Positions 1 through 12,621 of a stretch of 64,000 bases of DNA are shown here, piece by piece; position 1 is the first letter of the stretch, and every line of letters starts with the position of its first letter. This stretch comes from Eledone cirrhosa (lineage: Eukaryota). The stretch covers positions 1 to 64,000 of the forward strand of contig CAXHJY010001142.1 of NCBI GenBank assembly GCA_964016885.1, read 5' to 3'. The translations under genes were made by a program, and so were the position numbers. The notes beneath the pieces were generated by a model. The model was not told where the DNA came from. It saw only the letters and a program-made list of their open reading frames with translations, and did no database searches.

Positions 1-485
1 GCTAGTAAATATACATTTTATATAGAATTGAAAGTGGCCAGTCTTGCTACATAATTTTGACTATGCTATTAGTCTTATCTTTTTACTTTATTTCAGGCTG
101 CTCCAGTCCACTTTGCTAGTAAATATACATTTTATATAGAATTGAAGTGGCCAGTCTTGCTACATATTTTGACATGCTGAATCACCCTGAGAACAAAATT
201 AAGTGTAACCATAACTGTGGAATGTTCAGATTCAAATAGTCAGCCTGGCCACATATTTTGTCATACTGAATCTCCCTGAGAACTAAATTAAGTGTAACCA
301 TAACTGTGGAATGTTCAGATTCAAACAGTCAGCCTGGCCACATATCTATATACGCTGAATCTCCCTGAGAACAAAATTAAGAATGACCATGACTGTGGAA
401 TGTTCAGATTCAAACAGTCAGGCTTGTCACATATTTTGACATGCTGAATCTCCCTGAGAATTACGTTAAAAGTGACCATTACTGT
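1..485. repeat. Degenerate tandem repeat: two ~115-bp copies, then ~89-bp units
   Basis: gctagtaaatatacatttttatatagaattg at 1 and ~115; ctgaatc(t/a)ccctgagaa...ctgtggaatgttcagattcaaa recurs at ~177, 266, 356, 444. Confidence 0.8.
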
Positions 486-604
486 GGAATGCTCAGCCAC
501 TTGCACGTTAATTTCATGAGCAGGCAGTTCCATTGAATGAATAAACTGGAGCAATATTTTTTTCGGTATTCGTGCAAACCCCTACCCACGGGCAAGAATT
601 TGGG

Positions 605-1390
605 TAATGACCGAAAGAATATCGCGAATACAAAGGGCCAATGTAGCAACGTAATGACCGAAAGAATATCGCGAATACAAAGGGCCAATGTAGCAACATA
701 ATGACCGAAAGAATATCGCGAATACAAAGGGCCAATGTAGCAACGTAATGACCGAAAGAATATCGCGAATACAAAGGGCCAATGTAGCAACGTAATGACC
801 GAAAGAATATCGCGAATACAAAGGGCCAATGTAGCAACATAATGACCGAAAGAATATCGCGAATACAAAGGGCCAATGTAGCAACGTAATGACTGAAAGA
901 ATATCGCGAATACAAAGGGCCAATGTAGCAACGTAATGACCGAAAGAATTTCGCGAATACAAAGGGCCAATGTAGCAACGTAATGACCGAAAGAATATCG
1001 CGAATACAAAGGGCCAATGTAGCAACGTAATGACCGAAAGAATATCGCGAATACAAAGGGCCAATGTAGCAACGTAATGACCGAAAGAATATCGCGAATA
1101 CGAAGGGCCAATGTAGCAACATAATGACCGAAAGAATATCGCGAATACGAAGGGCCAATGTAGCAACGTAATGACCGAAAGAATATCGCGAATACAAAGG
1201 GCCAATGTAGCAACGTAATGACCGAAAGAATATCGCGAATACAAAGGGCCAATGTAGCAACATAATGACCGAAAGAATTTCGCGAATACAAAGGGCCAAT
1301 GTAGCAACGTAATGACCGAAAGAATATCGCGAATACGAAGGGCCAATGTAGCAACGTAATGACCGAAAGAATATCGCGAATACGAAGGGC
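605..1390 (+). repeat. 47-bp minisatellite (~16-17 copies) derived from RTE coding sequence
   Basis: Unit gtaatgaccgaaagaatatcgcgaatacaaagggccaatgtagcaac; taatga at 605 and 652. Confidence 0.95.
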
Positions 1391-1434
1391 TACTGGAGCA
1401 ACGTTATTCGATAGAGTACGTAGCTCGGAGCCCA

Positions 1435-2306
1435 GAGAGTCACTCCAGGTAGATTCGCTAAGATCACAGTTACGGTACTTTGGGAATGTAGTTAGAATGT
1501 CCCAGGAAAGAATTGCTGGAGTCACTCCAGGTAGAGCCGCTACTTCTCCGAATTGAGATATCACAGCTCTGATACTATGGACACGTGGTTAGAATGTCTC
1601 ATGAAAGAATCACTGGAGAGGCACTCCAGGTAGAGCCGCTACTTCTCCGAATTGAGATATCACAGCTCTGATACTATGGACACGTGGTTAGAATGTCTCA
1701 GGAAAGAATTGCTGGAGTCACTCCAGGTAGAGTTGCTACTTCTCCGAATTGAGAGATCACAGCTCCGATATTATGGACACGAGGTTAGAATGTCTCAGGA
1801 AAGAATTGCTGGAGTCACTCCAGGTAGAGCTGCTACTTCTCCGAATTGAGATATCACAGCTCTGATACTATGGACACGTGGTTAGAATGTCTCAGGAAAT
1901 AATCACTGGAGAGTCAGTCCAAGTAGAGCCGCTACTTCTCCGAATTGAGAGATCACAGCTCTGATACTATGGACACGTGGTTAGAATGTCTCATGAAAGA
2001 ATCACTGGAGAGTCACTCCAAGTAGAGCCGCTACTTCTCCGAATTGAGATATCACAGCTCTGATACTATGGACACGTGGTTAAAATGTCTCAGGAAATAA
2101 TCACTGGAGAGTCACTCCAAGTAGAGCCGCTACTTCTCCGAATTGAGATATCACAGCTCTGATACTATGGACACGTGGTTAGAATGTCTCAGGAAATAAT
2201 CACTGGAGAGTCACTCCAAGTAGAGCCGCTACTTCTCCGAATTGAGAGATCACAGCTCCGATATTATGGACATGTGGTTAGAATGTCTCATGAAAGAATC
2301 ACTGGA
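1435..2306 (+). repeat. ~98-bp tandem repeat (~9 copies) derived from RTE coding sequence
   Basis: gagccgctacttctccgaattgaga...ggacacgtggttagaatgtctca recurs about every 98 bp (1535, 1633, ..., 2223). Confidence 0.9.
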
Positions 2307-2534
2307 CAGATTTTACGGGAAAAACAAACCGACAGGGGACCCAGAGGTAGACCCCGAGCAAGATGGTTGGATAACATCGATGAGCTTGGCTGGTTACACT
2401 TGGGGATCCAGTCACGCTGGAAGGAGTGTTTAAGGACACTGTCCGTAGGACTCTCTAAGAAGAAGAAGAAGAAGAAGAAGAAGGAGAAGAAGAAGAAGAA
2501 GAATATATATTTTCTATATATATATGAAATATAG

Positions 2535-2577
<43 letters not shown>

Positions 2578-2589
2578 CATATATATATA

Positions 2590-2858
2590 GTGAAGGCGCA
2601 TGGGTTAGTGGTTAGAGCATTGGGCTTGCAATCGAAAGGTTCTGAGTTTAATTCTCGGACCGGGTGATGTGTTGTTTCCTTGAGCAAGACACTTTATTTC
2701 ACGTTGCTCCAGTTTACTCAGCTGTAGAAATGAGTACCGGCCTGCCTGCCCAGCCAGTGGGATGGCGTTATCTTATGGCTAAAACAGCATGAAGTGCTGT
2801 GACCAGCGGCGCCAAAGGGACGCCAGACAGACTGGTCCCTCAAGGTGATGAAGGTGAT
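2590..2858 (+). mobile_element. tRNA-derived SINE (family 1), inserted in (TA)n
   Basis: A-box-like tgggttagtggttag, B-box-like gagtttaattc, central ccttgagcaagacactttatttcacgttgctcc shared with copies at 28462 and 39161. Confidence 0.8.
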
Positions 2859-2913
2859 ATATATATATATATATATATATATTTATGTAATAAACAACAT
2901 AAGACAATTATTC

Positions 2914-2980
2914 CATTTACCAAAGGTTTCACGAAGACAGACGAGTTCGACACAGACATCTGAAATCGTTCGTCAGAATT
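2914..2980 (-). ncRNA. Hammerhead ribozyme motif, extended stem II
   Basis: Reverse complement aatt-CTGACGA-ACGA..CAGATG..CGTCTG..TCGT-GAAA-CC-ttt-GG-TA-aatg; stem I only 3 bp. Confidence 0.55.
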
Positions 2981-3099
2981 AAATAGCTCTGTAGCCTACA
3001 TAGAGCACTCTCCTTTCCTTTACCTTTCCTACAGAAACACATAATATATATAGAGATAGATATATATATATACATATATATTTATATATATTTATAGAT

Positions 3100-3316
3100 T
3101 TCCAGCTCCTCAGTGAAATAACAACCCAACCAGGAACTGGCCATATCAGAGTATTGACAATATTATACACCTCAACAACATATGTACTTGTCTATACCAT
3201 ACTAATTCAGACTGCTTGAAGAGGTCACAGCCAAAGATGGCTGTCACTGAAATATATATATAGCAGAAATAAACGAAGCTAAATTTTAATCATTTGACTT
3301 TTTATTTAACTTTATT
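3100..3316 (+). mobile_element. Short HHR-bearing PLE-terminus/retrozyme-like element (family C) in (TA)n
   Basis: Near-identical to both arms of the palindrome at 53625-54015; begins at hairpin ccagctcct...aggaactgg. Confidence 0.75.
3211..3266 (+). ncRNA. Hammerhead ribozyme motif (family C)
   Basis: aCTGC-TTGAAGA-GGTCACAGCC-aaagat-GGCTGTCACT-GAAA-TATATATA-TA-GCAG. Confidence 0.75.
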
Positions 3317-3423
3317 ATATATATTTATATATATTTATATATATTTATACATATTTATATATATTTATATATATTTATATATATTCTAACCCATGCTAGC
3401 GTGGAAGAATGGGCGTAAAACGG

Positions 3424-3458
<35 letters not shown>

Positions 3459-3624
3459 CATATTTTAAAAAAAATAAACATTGGAGACTAAATCGCAATA
3501 TCGAACTAGTAACAAACATTTACCAAACATTTGTGGTATATTTTTGAACATTTACAATACTGGTGGCAGATAGAATACTATTTTTCCACGTGAAAGTGGG
3601 CAATGAAACAAAGAGGGCTGGGAA

Positions 3625-3760
3625 TCCCTGCTCAAAGACATGAGCAAAATGAAGCAGAATTTGCGATAAGAGGGCCCTGTCATCACGGAAGCCATGATGG
3701 TTGGAAATCAGATGCTTCTGCTCAGTAATTAATTTGATGTGAACTATTTCCATCACAGTG
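3625..3760 (-). mobile_element. Degenerate CR1/L2-type RT fragment
   Basis: LISNHHGFRDDRALLSQILLHF resembles the Q(H/Y)GFR..RSC.TQLL RT motif. Confidence 0.55.
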
Positions 3761-3787
3761 ATTAATTAATCCTTGTGTAATCCAGAT

Positions 3788-4895
<1,108 letters not shown>

Positions 4896-5039
4896 TTATT
4901 TATTAGCCATGACAGTGTCCTGTCAGCAAGCAGTAAATCTATGACCACATTGCTACCACATTGGGAACACTAACGAGAGATAAATGACCAACTGGACCTT
5001 ACTATAAATACCGTTAAAACCTGCAGCGTAGAGGTAGGA

Positions 5040-8000
5040 GATGGTGGTGGTGGTGGTGTTGATAGTGTAGATGGTGGTGGTGGTGGTGGTGTTGATAGTG
5101 TAGCTGGTGGTGGTGTTGATAGTGTAGCTGGTGGTGGTGTTGATAGTGTAGATGGTGTTGGTGTTGATAGTGTAGATGGTGGTGGTGTTGATAGTGTAGA
5201 TGGTGGTGGTGTTGATAGTGTAGATGGTGGTGGTGTTGATAGTGTAGCTGGTGGTGGTGTTGATAGTGTAGATGGTGGTGGTGTTGATAGTGTAGATGGT
5301 GGTGGTGTTGATAGTGTAGCTGGTGGTGGTGGTGGTGTGGATAGTGTAGATGGTGGTGGTGTTGATAGTGTAGATGGTGGTGGTGTTGATAGTGTAGCTG
5401 GTGGTGGTGTTGATAGTGTAGATGGTGGTGGTGTTGATAGTGTAGATGGTGGTGGTGTTGATAGTGTAGCTGGTGGTGGTGTTGATAGTGTAGATGGTGG
5501 TGGTGTTGATAGTGTAGATGGTGGTGGTGTTGATAGTGTAGCTGGTGGTGGTGGTGGTGTGGATAGTGTAGATGGTGGTGGTGTTGATAGTGTAGATGGT
5601 GGTGGTGTTGATAGTGTAGCTGGTGGTGGTGTTGATAGTGTAGATGGTGGTGGTGTTGATAGTGTAGATGGTGGTGGTGTTGATAGTGTAGCTGGTGGTG
5701 GTGTTGATAGTGTAGCTGGTGGTGGTGTTGATAGTGTAGATGGTGGTGGTGTGGATAGTGTAGATGGTGGTGGTGTGGATAGTGTAGCTGGTGGTGGTGT
5801 TGATAGTGTAGCTGGTGGTGGTGTTGATAGTGTAGCTGGTGGTGGTGTGGATAGTGTAGATGGTGGTGGTGTTGATAGTGTAGATGGTGGTGGTGTTGAT
5901 AGTGTAGATGGTGGTGGTGTTGATAGTGTAGCTGGTGGTGGTGGTGTTGATAGTGTAGATGGTGGTGGTGTTGATAGTGTAGCTGGTGGTGGTGTTGATA
6001 GTGTAGCTGGTGGTGGTGTTGATAGTGTAGCTGGTGGTGGTGGTGGTGTTGATAGTGTAGCTGGTGGTGGTGTTGATAGTGTAGATGATGGTGGTGGTGG
6101 TGGTGGTGGTGTTGATAGTGTAGATGGTGGTGGTGTTGATAGTGTAGCTGGTGGTGGTGGTGGTGTTGATAGTGTAGCTGGTGGTGGTGTTGATAGTGTA
6201 GATGATGGTGGTGGTGGTGGTGGTGGTGTTGATAGTGTAGATGGTGGTGGTGTTGATAGTGTAGCTGGTGGTGGTGTTGATAGTGTAGATGGTGGTGGTG
6301 TTGATAGTGTAGATGATGGTGGTGGTGGTGGTGGTGTTGATAGTGTAGATGGTGGTGGTGTTGATAGTGTAGCTGGTGGTGGTGTTGATAGTGTAGATGG
6401 TGGTGGTGTTGATAGTGTAGATGATGGTGGTGGTGGTGGTGGTGGTGTTGATAGTGTAGATGGTGGTGGTGTTGATAGTGTAGCTGGTGGTGGTGGTGGT
6501 GTTGATAGTGTAGCTGGTGGTGGTGTTGATAGTGTAGATGATGGTGGTGGTGGTGGTGGTGGTGTTGATAGTGTAGATGGTGGTGGTGTTGATAGTGTAG
6601 ATGGTGGTGGTGTTGATAGTGTAGATGATGGTGGTGGTGGTGGTGGTGGTGTTGATAGTGTAGATGGTGGTGGTGTTGATAGTGTAGCTGGTGGTGGTGG
6701 TGGTGTTGATAGTGTAGCTGGTGGTGGTGTTGATAGTGTAGATGATGGTGGTGGTGGTGGTGGTGGTGTTGATAGTGTAGATGGTGGTGGTGTTGATAGT
6801 GTAGCTGGTGGTGGTGTTGATAGTGTAGATGGTGGTGGTGTTGATAGTGTAGATGATGGTGGTGGTGGTGGTGGTGTTGATAGTGTAGATGGTGGTGGTG
6901 TTGATAGTGTAGCTGGTGGTGGTGTTGATAGTGTAGCTGGTGGTGGTGTTGATAGTGTAGATGGTGGTGGTGTTGATAGTGTAGATGGTGGTGGTGGTGG
7001 TGTTGATAGTGTAGATGGTGGTGGTGTTGATAGTGTAGCTGGTGGTGGTGTTGATAGTGTAGATGATGGTGGTGTTGATAGTGTAGCTGGTGGTGGTGTT
7101 GATAGTGTAGATAGTGGTGGTGTTGATAGTGTAGATGATGGTGGTGGTGGTGGTGTTGATAGTGTAGATGGTGGTGGTGTTGATAGTGTAGCTGGTCGTG
7201 GTGTTGATAGTGTAGATGGTGGTGGTGTTGATAGTGTAGATGATGGTGGTGTTGATAGTGTAGCTGGTGGTGGTGGTGGTGGTGGTGGTGTTGATAGTGT
7301 AGATGGTGGTGGTGGTGGTGGTGTTGATAGTGTAGCTGGTGGTGGTGTTGATAGTGTAGCTGGTGGTGGTGTTGATAGTGTAGATGGTGTTGGTGTTGAT
7401 AGTGTAGATGGTGGTGGTGTTGATAGTGTAGATGGTGGTGGTGTTGATAGTGTAGATGGTGGTGGTGTTGATAGTGTAGCTGGTGGTGGTGTTGATAGTG
7501 TAGATGGTGGTGGTGTTGATAGTGTAGATGGTGGTGGTGTTGATAGTGTAGCTGGTGGTGGTGGTGGTGTGGATAGTGTAGATGGTGGTGGTGTTGATAG
7601 TGTAGATGGTGGTGGTGTTGATAGTGTAGCTGGTGGTGGTGTTGATAGTGTAGATGGTGGTGGTGTTGATAGTGTAGATGGTGGTGGTGTTGATAGTGTA
7701 GCTGGTGGTGGTGTTGATAGTGTAGATGGTGGTGGTGTTGATAGTGTAGATGGTGGTGGTGTTGATAGTGTAGCTGGTGGTGGTGGTGGTGTGGATAGTG
7801 TAGATGGTGGTGGTGTTGATAGTGTAGATGGTGGTGGTGTTGATAGTGTAGCTGGTGGTGGTGTTGATAGTGTAGATGGTGGTGGTGTTGATAGTGTAGC
7901 TGGTGGTGGTGTTGATAGTGTAGATGGTGGTGGTGTTGATAGTGTAGATGGTGGTGGTGTTGATAGTGTAGCTGATGGTGGTGTGGATAGTGTAGATGGT

Positions 8001-11000
8001 GGTGGTGTTGATAGTGTAGATGGTGGTGGTGTTGATAGTGTAGATGGTGGTGGTGTTGATAGTGTAGATGGTGGTGGTGTTGATAGTGTAGCTGGTGGTG
8101 GTGTTGATAGTGTAGATGGTGGTGGTGTTGATAGTGTAGATGGTGGTGGTGTTGATAGTGTAGATGGTGGTGGTGTTGATAGTGTAGATGGTGGTGGTTT
8201 TGATAGTGTAGATGGTGGTGGTGTTGATAGTGTAGCTGGTGGTGGTGTTGATAGTGTAGCTGGTGGTGGTGTTGATAGTGTAGATGGTGGTGGTGTTGAT
8301 AGTGTAGATGGTGGTGGTGTTGATAGTGTAGCTGGTGGTGGTGTGGATAGTGTAGATGGTGGTGGTGTTGATAGTGTAGATGGTGGTGGTGTTGATAGTG
8401 TAGATGGTGGTGGTGTTGATAGTGTAGATGGTGGTGGTGTTGATAGTGTAGATGGTGGTGGTGTTGATAGTGTAGCTGGTGGTGGTGTTGATAGTGTAGA
8501 TGGTGGTGGTGTTGATAGTGTAGCTGGTGGTGGTGTTGATAGTGTAGATGGTGGTGGTGTGGATAGTGTAGCTGGTGGTGGTGTTGATAGTGTAGCTGGT
8601 GGTGGTGTTGATAGTGTAGATGGTGGTGGTGTTGATAGTGTAGATGGTGGTGGTGTTGATAGTGTAGATGGTGGTGGTGTTGATAGTGTAGCTGGTGGTG
8701 GTGGTGTTGATAGTGTAGATGGTGGTGGTGTTGATAGTGTAGCTGGTGGTGGTGTGGATAGTGTAGATGGTGGTGGTGTTGATAGTGTAGATGGTGGTGG
8801 TGTTGATAGTGTAGATGGTGGTGGTGTTGATAGTGTAGCTGGTGGTGGTGGTGTTGATAGTGTAGATGGTGGTGGTGTTGATAGTGTAGCTGGTGGTGGT
8901 GTTGATAGTGTAGCTGGTGGTGGTGTTGATAGTGTAGATGGTGGTGATGTTGATAGTGTAGATGGTGGTGGTGTTGATAGTGTAGCTGGTGGTGGTGTTG
9001 ATAGTGTAGATGGTGGTGGTGTTGATAGTGTAGATGGTGGTGGTGTTGATAGTGTAGATGATGGTGGTGGTGGTGGTGGTGTTGATAGTGTAGATGGTGG
9101 TGGTGTTGATAGTGTAGCTGGTGGTGGTGTTGATAGTGTAGCTGGTGGTGGTGTTGATAGTGTAGCTGGTGGTGGTGTTGATAGTGTAGATGATGGTGGT
9201 GGTGGTGGTGGTGGTGTTGATAGTGTAGATGGTGGTGGTGTTGATAGTGTAGCTGGTGGTGGTGTTGATAGTGTAGATGGTGGTGGTGTTGATAGTGTAG
9301 ATGATGGTGGTGGTGGTGGTGGTGTTGATAGTGTAGATGGTGGTGGTGTTGATAGTGTAGCTGGTGGTGGTGTTGATAGTGTAGCTGGTGGTGGTGTTGA
9401 TAGTGTAGCTGGTGGTGGTGTTGATAGTGTAGATGATGGTGGTGGTGGTGGTGGTGGTGTTGATAGTGTAGATGGTGGTGGTGTTGATAGTGTAGCTGGT
9501 GGTGGTGTTGATAGTGTAGATGGTGGTGGTGTTGATAGTGTAGATGATGGTGGTGGTGGTGGTGGTGTTGATAGTGTAGATGGTGGTGGTGTTGATAGTG
9601 TAGCTGGTGGTGGTGTTGATAGTGTAGCTGGTGGTGGTGTTGATAGTGTAGATGGTGGTGGTGTTGATAGTGTAGATGGTGGTGGTGGTGGTGTTGATAG
9701 TGTAGATGGTGGTGGTGTTGATAGTGTAGCTGGTGGTGGTGTTGATAGTGTAGATGATGGTGGTGTTGATAGTGTAGCTGGTGGTGGTGTTGATAGTGTA
9801 GATAGTGGTGGTGTTGATAGTGTAGATGATGGTGGTGGTGGTGGTGGTGGTGTTGATAGTGTAGATGGTGGTGGTGTTGATAGTGTAGCTGGTGGTGGTG
9901 GTGGTGGTGGTGGTGTTGATAGTGTAGCTGGTGGTGGTGTTGATAGTGTAGCTGGTGGTGGTGTTGATAGTGTAGATGATGGTGGTGGTGGTGGTGGTGG
10001 TGTTGATAGTGTAGCTGGTGGTGGTGTTGATAGTGTAGCTGGTGGTGGTGTTGATAGTGTAGATGATGGTGGTGGTGGTGGTGGTGGTGTTGATAGTGTA
10101 GCTGGTGGTGGTGTTGATAGTGTAGCTGGTGGTGGTGTTGATAGTGTAGATGGTGGTGGTGTTGATAGTGTAGATGATGGTGGTGGTGGTGGTGGTGGTG
10201 TTGATAGTGTAGATGGTGGTGGTGTTGATAGTGTAGCTGGTGGTGGTGTTGATAGTGTAGATGGTGGTGGTGTTGATAGTGTAGATGATGGTGGTGTTGA
10301 TAGTGTAGCTGGTGGTGGTGGTGGTGGTGGTGGTGTTGATAGTGTAGCTGGTGGTGGTGTTGATAGTGTAGCTGGTGGTGGTGTTGATAGTGTAGCTGGT
10401 GGTGGTGTTGATAGTGTAGATAGTGGTGGTGTTGATAGTGTAGATGATGGTGGTGGTGGTGGTGGTGTTGATAGTGTAGATGGTGGTGGTGTTGATAGTG
10501 TAGATAATGGTGGTGTTGATAGTGTAGCTGGTGGTGGTGGTGGTGGTGGTGGTGGTGTTGATAGTGTAGCTGGTGGTGGTGTTGATAGTGTAGCTGGTGG
10601 TGGTGTTGATAGTGTAGATGATGGTGGTGGTGGTGGTGGTGGTGTTGATAGTGTAGCTGGTGGTGGTGTTGATAGTGTAGCTGGTGGTGGTGTTGATAGT
10701 GTAGATGATGGTGGTGGTGGTGGTGGTGGTGTTGATAGTGTAGCTGGTGGTGGTGTTGATAGTGTAGCTGGTGGTGGTGTTGATAGTGTAGATGGTGGTG
10801 GTGTTGATAGTGTAGATGATGGTGGTGGTGGTGGTGGTGGTGTTGATAGTGTAGATGGTGGTGGTGTTGATAGTGTAGCTGGTGGTGGTGCTGATAGTGT
10901 AGATGGTGGTGGTGTTGATAGTGTAGATGGTGGTGGTGTTGATAGTGTAGATGGTGGTGGTGTTGATAGTGTAGCTGGTGGTGGTGTTGATAGTGTAGAT

Positions 11001-11215
11001 GGTGGTGGTGTTGATAGTGTAGATGATGGTGGTGGTGGTGGTGGTGGTGTTGATAGTGTAGCTGGTGGTGGTGTTGATAGTGTAGATGGTGGTGGTGTTG
11101 ATAGTGTAGATGATGGTGGTGGTGGTGGTGGGGGTGTTGATAGTGTAGCTGGTGGGGGTGTTGATAGTGTAGCTGGTGGTGGTGGTGGTGTGGATAGTAT
11201 TGCTGATGATGGTGG
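5040..11215. repeat. 24-bp minisatellite (GGTGGTGGTGTTGATAGTGTAG[A/C]T)n, ~6.2 kb, with higher-order duplications
   Basis: Unit visible throughout with variable GGT count; rare variant ggtgttggt recurs at ~5154 and ~7386. Confidence 0.97.
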
Positions 11216-11310
11216 GCCTGCAGAGATACGAGAGGCAAAGAGCTTCTAGGATTTAGTCTCTCTCTCTCTCTCTGCCCCCTATCTATCTCTCTTCCTCTCT
11301 ATCTATCTAT

Positions 11311-12597
11311 AGGACAATCTCGAACAAAAGTAAAAAACCAGCTCAACCATCACAGAGCGAGATAGAGCTGGTTTTAAAAGACGTCATGAAGGACATCACC
11401 TTCATTCAGAAGGATAGACTCTACGGGAGTCTATCCATTCTCATGAAGGACAGGGACACAGCAGTGAAACTGTCCATCAAACCAATCACATCCACCGCAT
11501 ACACCTTCTACCCTACGTACATGGGTAGAAGAACACAAAAAATAAAAATCCACACCATCCTGCCGATTATGGACATATGGTGGGTTTTGACAGGTTTTCT
11601 GGACCTGGAGGATGACATGCTGGTGTCCATGGGAAAGGCATCGGGTGACGCGTTCAGTGGAACGAGCCTCGAACTTGTAGTTCAAATGAGGCCCGAAAGG
11701 ATCGCCCAGATCCCTGAACGCGTCATACTGGATGATCTAACCTTCATCAACATTACCGTTGAGGGTAGACGGCCCTCGTGTTACCTCTGCGGAACCAGAG
11801 GTTACCTGAGGGCTGTCTGTCCCCAACTTAATAAGAAAACCCCAATCCTGCCTACACCACCAACAACTGCACAACCAACACAATCACCACAACTACCACT
11901 ACAAAAACAACCACCACAGCTCAAACCAAAACAAAACAATGTCCAACCCATCCCCTCCACTCAAAAAACAAAAACAATTTCCAAAACACCCGTACCGCAA
12001 ACACAACCCGAAAATATACCCCTCCCCTCCAACGCGGAAGATGACCCTAGTTCGTCGTCAGACGAGGAGGAGCACTTCCACACAATCAAAAGAAAAAAAA
12101 GAAAACACACCTCAGACACACAAATGAAAAAAAACCCTCCCCAAAACATAACACTGACACCAACACAAAAGAGCTCACAACAGCAAACAAAAAACACCAC
12201 ACAAAAACAAAAACATGCATACACATACATAAATACAAGAAACAAAAAACTGTTAAACATTGTGTACAACAACAATCTAATAAAAACACAAGGGCCTAAC
12301 TTCACCCAGGCAGGGGATTTCCCCCACCTCAAAATGATTAAGGCCCCACAGGACACCTATAAAACTTTAAAAAACAATTTTAAAGAGGACGTGGGTCCCC
12401 CCTGCGTCGGGCCCATTAACCGCGTCCTCCTAAAAAACTATCCCACCCCCTCCCCAAACACCCTCACAACTCCAAGCTCCCCAACCACACAACACACTGA
12501 TGCCCCCACACTTCCACAAACCACCACCCCACCCAACAACCCATCCCCCACCCTAATGGAAATTGTGCAGCCCGATACCCGGGACGCAGAGAGGTAA
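11311..12597 (+). CDS. LINE ORF1 (gag-like, zinc knuckle plus P/T/Q-rich tail), partial at 5' end
   Basis: Frame is open for 25 codons upstream of ATG 11386, back to the element junction; CYLCGTRGYLRAVC knuckle (CCHC with H>Y); stop TAA at 12595-12597. Confidence 0.8.
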   Translation, partial: RTISNKSKKPAQPSQSEIELVLKDVMKDITFIQKDRLYGSLSILMKDRDTAVKLSIKPITSTAYTFYPTYMGRRTQKIKIHTILPIMDIWWVLTGFLDLEDDMLVSMGKASGDAFSGTSLELVVQMRPERIAQIPERVILDDLTFINITVEGRRPSCYLCGTRGYLRAVCPQLNKKTPILPTPPTTAQPTQSPQLPLQKQPPQLKPKQNNVQPIPSTQKTKTISKTPVPQTQPENIPLPSNAEDDPSSSSDEEEHFHTIKRKKRKHTSDTQMKKNPPQNITLTPTQKSSQQQTKNTTQKQKHAYTYINTRNKKLLNIVYNNNLIKTQGPNFTQAGDFPHLKMIKAPQDTYKTLKNNFKEDVGPPCVGPINRVLLKNYPTPSPNTLTTPSSPTTQHTDAPTLPQTTTPPNNPSPTLMEIVQPDTRDAER

Positions 12598-12621
12598 GTG
12601 CCTTTTCTCTTCACCACCAAC

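Larger units (their letters stand above)
495..2501 (+). mobile_element. RTE-clade (Expander/Rex3-like) LINE 3' relic with internal tandem amplifications and (AAG)n tail
   Basis: + strand reads IFFSVFVQTPTHGQEFWVMTERISRIQ...TLFDRVRSSE.RESLQVEPLLLRIERSQLRYYGHVVRMSHERITGQIL...RGPRGRPRARWLDNI, matching the RTE RT C-terminus; followed by (AAG)n at ~2457-2501. Confidence 0.85.

Noticed and set aside
605-1390. CRISPR-like array (also considered for the 24-, 25- and 36-bp arrays)
   Set aside because: Units are contiguous with no unique spacers, the context is eukaryotic, and no cas genes are present.
479-1564. Hydrophobic repeat ORFs on the minus strand
   Set aside because: All three frames give the same 47-aa cycle from a 47-bp unit. 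The meaningful homology is RTE on the plus strand.
2590-2675. Functional tRNA gene
   Set aside because: The tRNA-like head continues into a repeated SINE body and does not form a complete cloverleaf.
5014-11249. 2074-aa His-rich and 1970-aa GGGVDSVD ORFs as standalone genes
   Set aside because: Open frames follow automatically from a 24-bp unit with GGT slippage. Starts are non-ATG, and there is no signal peptide or unique domain.
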